A stretch of 64,000 nt of DNA from Octopus sinensis (GCF_006345805.1 NC_042998.1:131874001-131938000); one strand, 5' to 3'; counted from the first letter of the stretch, positions 12,643-26,063 are shown. Numbers and translations: made by a program. The notes: generated from the sequence alone by a model not told the origin.

Positions 12643-12955
12643 TACATTTGCGGACCCACGAAAAACGAAATTCTACCTACTATTCTGCCAATATATCTGT
12701 GCACGCCTTTCAATGCCATGTATGCCATAAGGTCCGCAAATCTAACAGAAGCCTCAAAAGACATTTTAAGATCCACAAAGATCAGAACTTAACTGCAGCT
12801 CTTGGTGGTCCAAATCGGATATGTAATCTATGTGGGTGCCTTTTCAATACATTGTCTGGTTTTAAAACCACATTAGATGCCATGATGGACCTAAGGTGTA
12901 GGTACAAGAGGTGGTCAGACTCTACACAAGGAGTAAACAGCCACCGTGCGTGAGT
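12643..12955 (+). mobile_element. C2H2 zinc-finger-encoding 3' end, probably of an RTE-like LINE
   Basis: IHLRTH...FQCHVCHKVRKSNRSLKRHFKIH...ICNLCGCLFNTLSGFK(frameshift)NHIRCH, then a GGTGGTC..ACTC..GAGT..AGCCACC stem-loop-like tail running into (TATG)n; parallels 51745-52095. Confidence 0.6.
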
Positions 12956-13640
12956 ACATGTATATGTTTCTGTGTATGTGTGTATGTATGTGCATGCTTG
13001 TGTGCATGCTTGTGTGCATGTATGTATGTATGCATGCATGTATGTATGTATGGATGTATGTATGTATGTATGTATGTATGTATGTATGTGGGTGTGTATG
13101 TATATATGTATGTATGTATGCATGCATGTATGTATGTATGTATGTACGTATGTATGTACGTATGTATGTATGTACGTATGTATATACGTATGTATGTATG
13201 TATGTATGTATGTATGTATGTATGTATGTATGCATGCATGCATGTATGTATGTATGTACGTATGTATGTATGTATGTATGTATGTATGTATGTACGTATG
13301 TATGTACGTATGTATGTATGTATGTACGTATGTATATACGTATGTATGTATGTATGTATGTATGTATGCATGCATGCATGTATGTATGTACGTATGTATG
13401 TATGTATGTATGTATGTATGTATGTATGTATGTATGTATGTACGTATGTATGTACGTATGTATGTATGTATGTATGTATGTATGTATGTATGTATGTATG
13501 TATGTATGTATGCATGCATGCATGCATGCATGTATGTATGTATGTATGTATGTATGTATGTATGTATGTATGTACGTATGTATGTATGTATGTATGTATT
13601 ATGTATGTATGTATGTATGTATGTATGTATGTATGTATGC
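12956..13640. repeat. ~680-bp (TATG)n microsatellite with TACG/TGCA variant units
   Basis: Directly visible. Confidence 0.97.
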
Positions 13641-14543
13641 ACACGTCTGAATACGTTTTCGGACTGAAATAAAGTTACAAGCCTGCCATGAGTCTCCCAC
13701 ATCACTATGCGGGATTTGGGCCAAAAATATCGAGAACAATGACACCAATACAAATAACAGTTACAATAACTTCACCAAAAAATCTTCCAGGATACTTTCT
13801 TGGAACAGAAACTCCTTCTCTTATAATAAAAGAAATCCGTTACTTTAGGCCACAAGCGACGAAAAACCATAAGCCAAAGTTACATACCTTGCTTTAAAAA
13901 TGTCATAAACGATCATGTTTACTTATTTATTTAATCCACACATGGTTTTTACATCTGGAAAATTTAGCCAAAACTTTGAAAAACTGAAGATCAGCATAAA
14001 CCGGATACCGGTCAGTTTTATACGATTTTTCTTTCTTCTACCACACAACGTTCTTTAGCCGCAATAAACACTAAAACGTGTTTCTAGACAAAAGACTCGT
14101 AGGAATATGTGTTAAATTTTTCTTTTCTTCTTTCCTTTTTACTTGTGTTATATATGTCAAATTTACCATATGAGTACGAAAAATGACATATTTTGAGTTA
14201 AGCTATAATACGAAAGCATTTATTATGTGAAAACGTATTTTTAATATTTCTCTTTTCGTATACACACATAAATAATATAAAATTATGTACTCCTAATGTT
14301 AAAAAGTTGAACTTGTTTTAATCAAACAAAAAATATATATGTACATAAAAATTTAATCTATTTTCAAACTTTGCTCAATATTTTTCCATACACACACATA
14401 TATATGTATTATATATATATATATATATATGTGTATATATATATATATATATATAATATATATATTATATATATATTATATATATATTATATATATATAT
14501 ATATTATATATATATATATATAATATAATATATATATTATATA

Positions 14544-14589
<46 letters not shown>

Positions 14590-14594
14590 ATATA

Positions 14595-14663
<69 letters not shown>

Positions 14664-14959
14664 GGTGGGACTGTATGTCTACATGTGTGTATAGGCGGCA
14701 TGCACAAGCATTTGGTTGAAGCAATCTATACATTTATTTTGTTTTATAACATTTTATTCTTTTATATCTCAATATTTCTTTCACATATTTCATTCATGCT
14801 TCAATGCATTCACGTTGAAGTTTCGTGCAAATGAAATAATAGGGACGACATACAGGCAAGATCTCCCGCGTTTACTTCACAACAATCAGTTTACACTTTA
14901 AATATATTTATACAGATAGATACATAAACAGAAACATAATACAGGTACATTAATATATA

Positions 14960-15021
<62 letters not shown>

Positions 15022-15218
15022 TTTTGAATCATTCATTTCAATGGAATATGCTGCTTTGCAGAGTTACCCACGCTGACAAGCTAAATGACTTCTAAGCCAG
15101 TGTTTCAATCAATTACTCCAAACAGTTACTGTAATATGTCTATTCGATTTATTCTTGAATATTCATTGAATTGCTCATTCTTCTTTGCAGGAAAGTGGGT
15201 CTCTAATAAACAGAGGTA

Positions 15219-15264
<46 letters not shown>

Positions 15265-15824
15265 TTGTGTTTTGTGTAAAAATATGAAGTTCTCAATATA
15301 CACTTTTTTTTCCGTACTACAATTAAATGCTAGTAAACAAAAGATTTTTTTCCTACATGGTAGACATTTGTATTTCTTCTGGCTCTCTACATCCTAAGTT
15401 CAAATTCTACCGAGGTCGATGTAGCTTTTGTCCTTTCGGTTAAGCACTATGTAATAGACTCCCCCCCGCCCCAAATTAGAAATATTTGCTGTCTTTGATG
15501 ATTGCACGAAACCATTACATCTAAAGAATAGTCATCTTGTTCATGTGCAGTTTGTTGTTTTGATTTATTCTCGGAGGGTATTCCTTCGAAGTGTTTCTCA
15601 ATTTCAGTCCTTGAGTTCTTGTTATTTTTTTCTTGTTAACATCCGAACATTCGCATTGGTGTTCACAGTAAGATTTTCCTCACTTTGATTTTCATCTCTA
15701 CAGTTTGTAAGTCTCTTTTTATTGTGCTTCTGTAATTTGGATATACTGTTGTTGTTATTGTTGTTGTTGTTGTTGTCGTCGTCGTCGTCGTCGTTGTCAT
15801 TGTTGATTGTTGTTATGCCGGTTG

Positions 15825-16010
15825 AAATGCTTAACAGCATTCCGTCCGTCTTACCGTTCTGAGTTCAAATTCTGTCGAGGTCAACTTTGCCTTTCATCCT
15901 TTCGGGGTCATGAAATAAGTACCAGTGAAACACTGGGGTCGATGAAATCGACTAATTCTCTCTCCACAAAATTTCAGACCTTATGCCTATAATAGAAAGG
16001 TTTATTATTA
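15825..16010 (+). mobile_element. SINE family A
   Basis: GAAATGCTTAACAGCATTCCGTCC..TTCTGAGTTCAAATTC..GCCTTTCATCCTTTCGGGGTC.. Confidence 0.85.
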
Positions 16011-16066
16011 GAATTATTGTACTGTTGGTTCATTGGTTCATTCACAGTATTGGTGTTGTATCCGGT

Positions 16067-16247
16067 TTAATTGTACTTCCCATTGAACCACAACTCGTGG
16101 GCTCGAGTGAAGACCATTTTGAAACTTCTGTATTCGAGGTTTTTCTTCTTTCTGTTTTTTTTTTTTTTTCTGCTTTCGCTTGGTATTGGGGAATTTCCGG
16201 TAAAGTCGTGCTGAACCACGTAAGCATGTTTTTGCACAGCGTTTAGC
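16067..16247 (-). CDS. Putative terminal coding exon of an unidentified minus-strand gene
   Basis: Acceptor TTTATCTTACTTAG|G; phase 2; LNAVQKHAYVVQHDFTGNSPIPSESRKKKKNRKKKNLEYRSFKMVFTRAHELWFNGKYN*; phase-compatible with 22502-22447 (AT+G = Met); AATAAA on the minus strand at 16006-16001. Confidence 0.45.
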
Positions 16248-16379
16248 CTAAGTAAGATAAAGTTCTGCAAGGCTTACTCTCAGATTTTATGTCACTGTTA
16301 CTCACAACCATAAAAGTAATCGATAGCATTATGACGTGTCGTCGAAAGTGGTTAGGTGCGAGTTAGAAAATGCAATAGG

Positions 16380-16520
16380 TCAATGGAGACATCAGGAGGG
16401 AAATGGATTACAGGTATGCAGTTCAGAAAAGGAATTTTTCAAAGGTACAAACTCTCACACATCTACTGTGTAGTCGTAGAGATTCCTTTGTCTATTATAC
16501 TAAGCAAAGCTAAAGAAAAG
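16380..16520 (+). mobile_element. R4/Dong-like RT fragment
   Basis: MQFRKGIFQRYKLSHIYCVVVEIPLSIILSKAK resembles IRRGIFQGDSLSPLLFC..IPLS.LL. Confidence 0.65.
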
Positions 16521-16542
16521 AATACGAAAAAAGTGAATAATA

Positions 16543-16700
16543 GGAGTGGCTGTGTGGTAAGTAGCTTGCTTACCAACCACATGGTTCCGGGTTCAGTCTC
16601 ACTGCGTGGCACATTGCGCAAGTTTTTTTTTTACAATAGCCTCGGGCCGATTAAAGTTTTGTGAGTGGAGTTGGTAGACGGAAGCTGAAAGAAGCCCTTC

Positions 16701-16744
<44 letters not shown>

Positions 16745-16945
16745 TTGTTTGTGTGTCTGTGTTTGTACCCCCCACCACCAATATTGCTTGACAACTGATG
16801 CTGGTGCGTTTACGTCCCCGTAACCTAGCGGTTCAGCAAAAGAGTACTAGGCTTACAAAACAGAAGTCCTGAAGACGATTTGCTCGACAAAAGGCGGTGC
16901 TCCAGCATGGCCGCAGTCAAATGACTGAAACAAGTAAAACGAAAA
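16543..16945 (+). mobile_element. SINE family B, full length
   Basis: Head AGGAGTGGCTGTGTGGTAAG.. to tail ..CAAATGACTGAAACAAGTAAAA. Confidence 0.9.
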
Positions 16946-17867
16946 AAAAAAGAAAAATCTCTTATTATTATAATTGTCATCATTATCAGTATTGTTGTTG
17001 ATATTTGATCTAAAATTTAAATTATAATAGTTGAAAATAAAACATAGGGTATGTCAGTGTGTGTGTGTGTTTGTATGTCTACATCTACGTATGTGTGTCC
17101 ATGGATGTGCGCGTGCGTGCGTGCGTGTGTGTGTGTGTCCGTGTGTGTTCTTTTTTTATATGATACAATAACTGAAAGAATCAAATGTCGTTTGTAGAAT
17201 CTAAATATTGTTTAACTTCAATAGTAACTGTTTACTTCGAAGTTCCGCCGTCAAAACTGGTTCCTCACAAACAGTCTGTTTCGAAAAACCAGTTTTGCTT
17301 TAAAAGGTACGCGTGTATGTATATGTGCGTCAGAGAGTATTGTGCGTGCGCTTGTGTATGAGTATATGTATACGTGTGTGTTTATACACATAAAATACAT
17401 AATTTAATACAGCCATCGCGCTCCTCAGGTGTGCTATAGTTGTCACCTTTAACAGCGTCTGCTAGTCTATCCACGCGCCCATCCACATAACTAGCCACCC
17501 AACCATGCGCGTAACCACCGAACTGTCGATACCCGCCACCCTTACCCGCATCGAGTTCACAGAAAGAAGTAAAAGTAAACAATTATATAGAGAAAATGAA
17601 AACATGTTGCCATATTAGGTCATAGATGTCCCAAGACCATTTGTCACCTGTCAGAGGAGAAGAGAGGAAAATAAGCAGTCACACAATGTCATACATAAAT
17701 CATACAACGAAACACTGATTGTGTACACAACGAGGGAGTTACACAATGACACATACATTCGTACTCACTCATTCACACACACACACACACACACACGCCA
17801 TATATGTGTGTATGTGTGTGTATGGAGAGAGAAAGAGACAGAGAGGGTGAGAGCGAGGGAGAGAGAT

Positions 17868-17948
<81 letters not shown>

Positions 17949-18271
17949 GGATAGATAGACACATACATAGAAAGGTCCATCCATCCATCCATACATACAT
18001 ACATACATACATACATACATAGAGAAGTAAAGATTTTTGTATGTATGTATGTATATATATACAAACATTATATATATGTATGTATGCATATGTATATATG
18101 TGTGTGTATGTGTGTGTATATGTGTGTGTACTTACAAGATATAAGTACACGCAAGAACACATACATACGTAAAACACTCAGGCACACTTAAAATCTCAGG
18201 CACACACACACACGTGTGTGTGTCTGTGTGCGTGTGTGTGTGTGTGTGTACTTATATTTTAATTTATATAG

Positions 18272-18321
<50 letters not shown>

Positions 18322-18349
18322 GTGGTGCGTAGAGAGAGAAGAGGGAGAG

Positions 18350-19195
18350 AATAGATAATCAAAGTTATCATCCTTCCGTGACTTACAACCAGTCGTCGAG
18401 GTGGGATCATTCTAGAAGCTGTAGCAATCAATGACCTCCACTGGTTCTTTGTTCTCTGTCTCACACAGAAGAGCTGCGCCGTCGAGACCTGTCCAGTGTT
18501 CGCCTTTATCCGCCTTTACTGTCTTCTACAGTGGTGTCCTGGAAATATCTTTAAATAGAAACCCTATGTCGTACCAGGTGAGCGTTATTTTCTTGATCAT
18601 TGCAAAGTGCGTTTCTTGCTTGCCAAAATATTTGATGAATTGATACCCGGAATGCTCTTTGTCTTGTACACTGTATATCAGATTGTGCACCAGCTTCCTA
18701 AAGCACTTGCGTTCGAACTGCAAGAGTCTCTGTTCCGTGTCAGCTGCGAGTGTTCAACTTTCACACACATAAAAAAAAAAATCACAAAAAAAAAGTCACA
18801 AGCGACTTAAGCAGTTTGAATTTTGCTGAAAAAAAATAATGGAACTATTTTACCATATAACGTTCAGCATCGTTATGGCAGATGAGATCGGGTCGACTCT
18901 TATTTTCATTCTGTTATTGAGCCGCCGTCCTTCTTCAAAATGGATCCAAGGTATTTAAAATTACCTACTTCTTGAACTTCTTGACTATCAAGCGTAATGC
19001 TGGTTCCTACATTTTGGTAGCAATCTTATTCTTTTCTGAATTTATCTTCTATCAAATCTGAATTCATTTTCTATCCAGTGTCCCCGGACGCTGCTTCTCC
19101 TTTAGTGGTGAGTTCCTAGTGCTTTGTTTAGTTCCCTGTCATTAGCTAGCTTCCATCAGCAAAACATAGATTCCAGAGTAGTCACCCTCTGAAGA
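18350..19195 (-). mobile_element. RTE (BovB-like) LINE 3' fragment
   Basis: Minus strand: CES*TLAADTEQRLLQFERKCFRKL...QWRSLIATASRMIPPR; the upstream portion carries a decayed F.YLGSI / LDS.EV RT C-terminus. Confidence 0.8.
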
Positions 19196-19330
19196 AAATG
19201 GAGGTACCGAAATCCCGTACTGCTTTGGTTATTTAAATTGTGGTTATTTAAATATTATATAAATATTATTCAGCAAGCTGCAATACAGTAAAAGAAACCT
19301 ATCCATTAAATTACAGGTTTCGTTATGTAG

Positions 19331-19368
19331 TGTGCTGATAAGGTCTAATAGACCGAAACATGGCCATA
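19331..19368 (+). ncRNA. Decayed minimal type I hammerhead motif (G8A and U16.1G)
   Basis: TGTG-CTGATAA-GGTC-TAATA-GACC-GAAA-CATG-GC-CATA. Confidence 0.55.
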
Positions 19369-20533
19369 TTTTTTCCAATAACTACAAACTGAGATCAGAC
19401 AGGCCTTCCATTTAGCATGTTTATTAACTTGAGAAATTAACTCTAAAAATCTGGAAATCATCGCTTTTCTTTGAGAGTTGCTAACAATTATTGGTAGGAT
19501 TTTGTTTTTTAAAGATATATTTTACACATGATATTCCGGACATCACTTTTTAACTTAATTATCTCAGTTCATGCTCATGGGCCTGTTCGAATTGTTCTTC
19601 TTTACCTATATTATTTTCAATTATGACAACTATTATTACTGGTATGATGTAATCAATAATATTCTCTTAGAGAAAGAGAATATATATATATATTCCAAAT
19701 ACCAACCATCACTTAGCGAAGAAAATGTTGTTGAACAGCGATAATTGCCAAAAAATGTCCGCCATATGATTGCAGTATTCCATATTTTTCTCTTTCTTTT
19801 TGGTGTGGTGTTATGCGTTTTGTAATATTTTTGTTCTTATTTCAATATTTGTTACTGCATTAAACATTTCCTGTGTTTTGCTTATTGCGGTTTTTTATGT
19901 CACACATCCTTAAAGCATAGCAATAAGTATATTTCCCGCGGACCGGTAATGGTTGAAATAGAGGAAAATTTCACTGTTACTCTACAGTGCAATGATATAT
20001 TTGCTGTGACACTGTAATTAATTAATCAAGTAATTATACAATTATTAAATCAATCAATTATTTAATTAATTAATTAATTAGATCTTCTAACAAAGTAAAA
20101 TTGAAACATGTTTAAATATGACTTAAAAGTGGGGTTAAGTATAAGTTAAAATGTAATTGTATATAGCTGTGCTGCTTGTAACTCATTAGGTCGCGAGAGC
20201 ACGTCTGAAAACTTGCCCTATGCCGTGTATATTATCTTAGTCAGGTCAGCTAACTTTATCCGTACTCTAACTTATACCAGAAGGAACTAGTGTCTTCATC
20301 AAATGACATTTTTATGGTCTTTGTTTAAAGAAAATTCATACAGCACTGGCTGATATTACAATAAAGCTTGGATTTAAGTTAAGAGATGCTTTCATAGTGA
20401 TTGAGAATTTTGAAAAAAGTTAATCAGATATAAAAAAATAGAAATATTTTTTGTGATCAGTGAATTTGCTTCACTGAAATTATATATGCTTACAAAGTCT
20501 AGACAGGTATCTTCAGCTATCAAGTCATGCTAC

Positions 20534-20576
20534 TCCAGACTGATGATGAGCAAAGACTCAGAAACATGTCTCTGGA
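20534..20576 (+). ncRNA. Minimal type I hammerhead ribozyme, core intact
   Basis: TCCAGA-CTGATGA-TGAG-CAAAGA-CTCA-GAAA-CATG-TC-TCTGGA: 6-bp stem I, 4-bp stem II, palindromic CATG loop III. Confidence 0.8.
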
Positions 20577-22446
20577 TGCAGGCTTAGCTGGATGGGGGTG
20601 CTTGTCTCCCCTTTGTAAACATAAGAACACAGGAAATGTGTCAAGGCCGACAGGAAGCGTTGATGCTTCCTAGGGCTAAATAGCGGTGGTGTGATTCCCT
20701 TTATGGGATTGTCACGTTAAGTTGACAGTATACAACTGCTTTAATCAGATATGTTTATCTATAAATAAAGTAAGCACAGTTATTAACTATGGGAGCATCT
20801 ACATGCTGGTTAGAAACAATAGTCAAATTCCCCCAGATAAAATCTTTTACCTTAAAAAAGGAAGAACTCATTGGACAAATCAGTCTCGGCTCTAAGAGAA
20901 TTGTATATAATATGTATTTACTAGTGGAAAGTGTAATGACGGTTACTTCTAAAAGGACCGTATGAAGGAAGTGCTTAAGAACTCTGCTTTCATAATTCCC
21001 AGGAACAGTGGGCGGAGAAGATGGATGCTCGGATTTACCATATAATATTTATCACCAAGCTTTTAATGGCTTAATCAATCATTCAGTTGTATCTGTTAGG
21101 TGCCACTGAATGGCTGGTTACGCTATTAGAACCATTCACTGATTGAAGATCAACGCCGTTGATTCATGTGGGTTGACTAATAGGCTACTAATGTTCATGC
21201 CTAGGAAATTAGTGGTTATAAGCAGTCTCAACATCAAAACTATTTCAGAGTCAGGATTCACTGAATACTTACCCGCTACAGAGTTTACTATTCATATATT
21301 AAACAAAAAAAAACTACGTTTGTGTCTGTACAATTGTCTTTTGTGTGAAGATAAACCGTGGGCCAGCTTTGAAGTGAATACTGAGTTTGGTATTTTGTCA
21401 GCTTAAATCATAGTTGAAATGTACAAAATATTTGTACATTTAATTCACACATGAACTAATTTGCAACCGTTAAAATATTATGGTGAGAATAATGGAAACT
21501 AATAAATTTGATATAAGGAAGTATTTTTAAGTGACAAATGCATTTAATTTTACAATGAAACAAATCATGAAAAATATAAACACAAAGTTCTTGGAAGAAT
21601 GACGTAAATTTATTTGATCAGTGACTATTCCGAATTAGCAAGCTAAATTAACTTGTACTTGAAACTATAATATGCTGAAATAATGGATAGCTGACGAAAT
21701 AACTTTGAGCAGTCGATTCAAAGTTGAGACTCATAAGATACGATGAACCTGTGACAATCAGTTTTAAGAAAATCCCTTGACGGCCATGCTCATTGTAAAT
21801 AAGTTCTTTTGCACGTGTTTAATTCCAGAATAACCCTACTAGACTAGACCTACGATCGAAAGCATTATTCCGGCTGTAACCACTCTGTCTTTTTAGAGGT
21901 ATAGGACGTTATTTATTGCTTTCTTTCCTCAATTAAGATGGTAGGGTTCAATTTGAATGATATCAGTTGCCAGTTCTAGCAGCTCGATCAAACACTTAGG
22001 TACTCTTTTAAAAAAGTACTTCTCTAAGTACTGCTTGAACCGATGCTTTAGTAGAGTTTATTAATTGTAAATATGGCTGCGCAGGAAATATTGTAGCTAT
22101 TCTTTTGGTGTGAAGGTGTGACATAAAGCAAAACTATCGTTACTGATGTGAAACTAATGTAAGGCAGAAGGAATTCCTTGGCAATCTGTCGAAAAAAGAA
22201 AGACGCAACAAAACAGATGAAAGTAAACCGAAAACAAAAGAAGCGAATAGATAAAAAAAAAATACTGTCAAAATGAAATATATATATATATATAAATCGT
22301 AGAGCAATAAAAAATAGAATGAAATATAATCAAGTTTGAAGGTGGAAATGATGTATGGGGAATGTGTGAATTAAACAATCAAAAGGAAAGTGAGAAAATG
22401 AAAAACAAATGATTGGTGCCCATGAAGATTATATTTCCTTTCTTAC

Positions 22447-22502
22447 ATTCGCTGGACCTCGTCGCATTTTTTTATTTTGCCATAAATTAATTCAGATTTG
22501 GT
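22447..22502 (-). CDS. Putative internal exon (56 nt, phase 0 to 2) of the minus-strand gene
   Basis: CTGTTTCTATCATTCCAATCATAG|ACC...CGAAT|GTAAGA; encodes TKSELIYGKIKKCDEVQR. Confidence 0.55.
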
Positions 22503-22685
22503 CTATGATTGGAATGATAGAAACAGCGAGTAACTTATAAATTCTAGATCACTGAGTAAGTAAGTGGACTAGTTGATTGAATCGACCGAAAAACCAGCCT
22601 TCTTGTTCTTATATAAAAGTTCATAGATAAAAGAAAACTTAGAGAGAGCTGATTTATCTTGAGGAGTGGAAAAGTCAATATTTTA

Positions 22686-22865
22686 GGCGAAGTCGACCTC
22701 GGCGGAATTTGAACTCAGAACGTAAAGACAGACGAAATACTGCGAAGCATTTCGCCCGGCGTGCTAATATTTCTTACTTCTTTATTGCCCACAAGGGGTT
22801 AAACATAGGGGAAAAACAAGGACAGACAAAGGGATTAAGTCGATTACATCGACCTCAGTACGTAA
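22686..22865 (-). mobile_element. SINE family A, rearranged copy
   Basis: GTCGACCTCGGCGGAATTTGAACTCAGAACGTAAAGACAGACGAAATAC.. followed by the tail segment. Confidence 0.85.
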
Positions 22866-23506
22866 CAAAAGGGAAAAAATATTGAATCCAAACAGTTGTT
22901 GCTAAGAACACCTGTTTCTTTAGATTACGGATCTTGCTTCTCTAATTAATGCTTTCGTTAATCAAAAATAATGTAGAACCAATGCTTTCTTTTTTACCTT
23001 TAGTCAAGAGAAAGACTAGTACCTCAGACCCTTTGTAGGGACTACGGAACTAGTGGCAGCGGCGGGATGGGTTGAATATTGCATTCTTAAACTGGAAACC
23101 TGGCCCATTGCATACAACGAGGTGGACTCCGCTAAAGGTACCCAAATACCAGCAGGTAAAGTTAAACCGGATAATGAGGATTGAGTTTACTATCCAAATA
23201 GGCCACGGGGATTTTTAAATGAGAATTCAAAGAGTCAGAACGAGACATCTCAACCGATACATTAATATTTTCGCCAGTCCACCGTTCCAAACTGGTACTT
23301 TATAGATCCTGAAAAGATGAATGGCAAAGTTGAGCTCGGTAGGATTCAGAACTCAGGAAAAACGAAATCGGATTAAAACTGACGCCCCAACGTCTCCAAC
23401 AATTTGATGCCTATAATGTTTGTAGAGTTAAATGTTACTTTATCCGTTAATTAAACAAATCCGTCATTTTTTATAAAAGTCTGTTAACTAAATAATATAT
23501 AGATAT

Positions 23507-23737
23507 TCTTTTCTACTCTAGGCTCAAGGCCCGAAATTTTGGGGAAGGGGGCCAGTCGATTAGATCGCCCCCAGTACGCAACTGGTGCTTAATTTATCGA
23601 CCCTGAAAGGAAGTAAGGTGAAGTCGACCTCGGCGGAATTTGAACTCAAAACGTAAAGACAGACGAAATACTGCGAAGCATTTCGCCCGGCGTGCTAATG
23701 TTTCTTATTTCTTTATTGCCCACAAGGGCTAAATATA
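23507..23737 (-). mobile_element. SINE family A
   Basis: Full central domain and head on the reverse strand. Confidence 0.9.
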
Positions 23738-24344
23738 AATTTTCGAATTTTTCGAATTTTTTAAAAAGTCACTGTTTAAAATATGGACAGTCCAAATTTT
23801 TGGCTTAAATCCCAGTAATGGATCATTAAATGTGTTTATGGGCGGAGGATATTGAAAAATATCAATACATCAGACTGACAAACAAACGAAGAGGATATGA
23901 GGAGGTCGTGAGATGTGCTAAAAATACCAGCTAAATAGCCCTTAAATCACGCACTAAAATTCATTTTGGTTTTGGTTTTGCATTATCGTATGAATTCCTC
24001 TGTGTAGGATACAAATATACAAAAGCCCTGAAATCCCCCAAAATAAAAAAGAAAGGTTACGAGGGGTTATATGAAGTGCTTAAAGCAAAATACCACCCAG
24101 ATGGCAACGACTAACATAAGTACAGCACTCTCTTTCTGTCTATTTTACTGTAACTACAAAGGTGTCTACATACCTGAACTAGCTTGTTAGTTGCATGTCA
24201 CCTCGACACGGGTTCATCAAACACACGCGTCTCATTCATCCTCACCTCCACTACTTATACTCAATCTCCATCCTAAACACACACACACATAGATACATAC
24301 ATACATACATATATATATGTGCGTGTGTGTGTGTGTGTGTGTGT

Positions 24345-24520
24345 ACTCCTTCCACAGTGTGTTAGCCTGCTGGAACATCTCTGCCCACGTTTTTACTGCA
24401 GACATTCCACTCAACGATGGTCAAACAGCATTGTACGTATCATAAACCGGATCACTCTCACATTGTTCATCATAGATTCACAGTATTCTTCCCCGGTGGC
24501 TAAGCTACAACAACGAAAAC
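24345..24520 (-). mobile_element. mariner transposase N-terminal (HTH) fragment
   Basis: VYDTYNAV*PSLSGMSAVKTWAEMFQQANT resembles mariner VYG...S.STVK.WA..FK.GRT. Confidence 0.45.
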
Positions 24521-25040
24521 AGCAACACCTTTAATGGTTCTACCAAATTACGCAGAGACGTCATGTGTACGAAAAATAACAGTGAAGTTATTACCATCAT
24601 ATCTAATTCAATGAGTTGAGTGGGACAACTCAGTTGATTGTTTCTAATTTTGGAATAAGACCAGCATTTTTGTGGAGAGACAGTCTATTGTTTAACAGCC
24701 TCATGGACCGAATACCGGCATCTCATGAGAAATCGTAATTCCTTTCATAAGACGGCAATGTGATATGAAGGATGTCTGACTGTAATTTCTAGCAGATCAG
24801 CTGACTGTCCGAATATATTCCCATTAAGTTTCATGACCATCAACTATCTCAACTGTTAGCATGTGGCACCAGTTTACAGCGAGATAAACTGAGTTGTTTC
24901 AAGTAAAATAACTGACCTAGCTACCGACAAAAGCACCGTGTTGATGACATTAGATAAATCAAACAATATCTCATAAACCTATCCGATGTCCTGCTCACAT
25001 AAACATCTGCACTATTGAATAGCAAAAAGAAGATATACAA

Positions 25041-25076
<36 letters not shown>

Positions 25077-25113
25077 TTGAATGTACGTATCTATCTATCT
25101 ATCTATCTATTTA

Positions 25114-25172
<59 letters not shown>

Positions 25173-25251
25173 ATATATATATATATATATATATGTATAT
25201 GTATATGTGTGTGTAAATATATATACGCATGTATATGCATTTACTTATATA

Positions 25252-25282
<31 letters not shown>

Positions 25283-25304
25283 ATGTATGTATGCATGCAT
25301 GTAT

Positions 25305-25860
25305 GGTGAATAAACTGTCGTCTAAATTACGCAAAATAAAAATAATACTGACATCTCCTTTTAACAGTTATAGTTACCGAAATTGCATAAAACTATCTTG
25401 AAATACTAAAGAGTAAATTTATTTAATAAGATCGCCATTGGCTTCAACCACAGCCTCCACGACTTCGGAATCTCCTGTAACTCTTCTGGACGCTCTCCTT
25501 GTTTAAGTTAGTGAATGCTGCCATAACCTTGCCTTCAGTTCATCTTTGATGTTACAAGGAGTTTTGTTAGCCTCTCACTCAACTGCGTCCTACACATAAT
25601 AATCAAGGGGATTGCAGTCTGGGGAATTAGGTGGCAAGATGTTAGGGATGATGTTGTCGCAGAAATTTTCCGACAGCCATGACTGGGTTCTCCTGCTTGT
25701 GTGACATGGTGCAGAGTCCTGTTGCCAGTCATAGGATCTTCCAGCAGCCACCCTCTTGACCCAGGGCAGCACTACCACCTCCAGGGACTTGATGTAGGCC
25801 TCCATGCTGAGCTTATCGTTCTTCGATACGAAAATAATCCACAACCTTCTGTCTCAATAA
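25305..25860 (-). mobile_element. Tc1/mariner DD37D (maT-type) transposase 3' fragment
   Basis: WQQDSAPCHTSRRTQSWLSENFCDNIIPNILPPNSPDCNPLDYYV, with 37 residues between the QQD and PLD aspartates; continues AVERETNKTPCNIKDELKARL...EAVVEANGDLIK*. Confidence 0.88.
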
Positions 25861-26028
25861 ACCATCGTTGTCATTGAAAGTTGTTTTTTTATACTTAGTA
25901 CGGATTGCTTGAAGCTAACTTTCTTCCTACACCTCGATCCCTGGAATTTACATTTACACACACACACAATTATATATATATATATACAGGCGCAGGAGTG
26001 AATGTGTGGTAAATTTACACACACACAC

Positions 26029-26062
<34 letters not shown>

Positions 26063-26063
<1 letters not shown>

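Noticed and set aside
12782-13753. Several 200-320 aa ORFs (MYVC/HTYI repeats)
   Set aside because: Pure translations of the (TATG)n microsatellite.
17382-17582. Gly-rich protein-like ORF (GKGGGYRQFGGYAHGW)
   Set aside because: The underlying DNA is a degenerate 4-nt ATCC/ACCC microsatellite.
19940-20015. Ig-like motif VEIEENFTVTLQC
   Set aside because: No acceptor, short frame, isolated resemblance.
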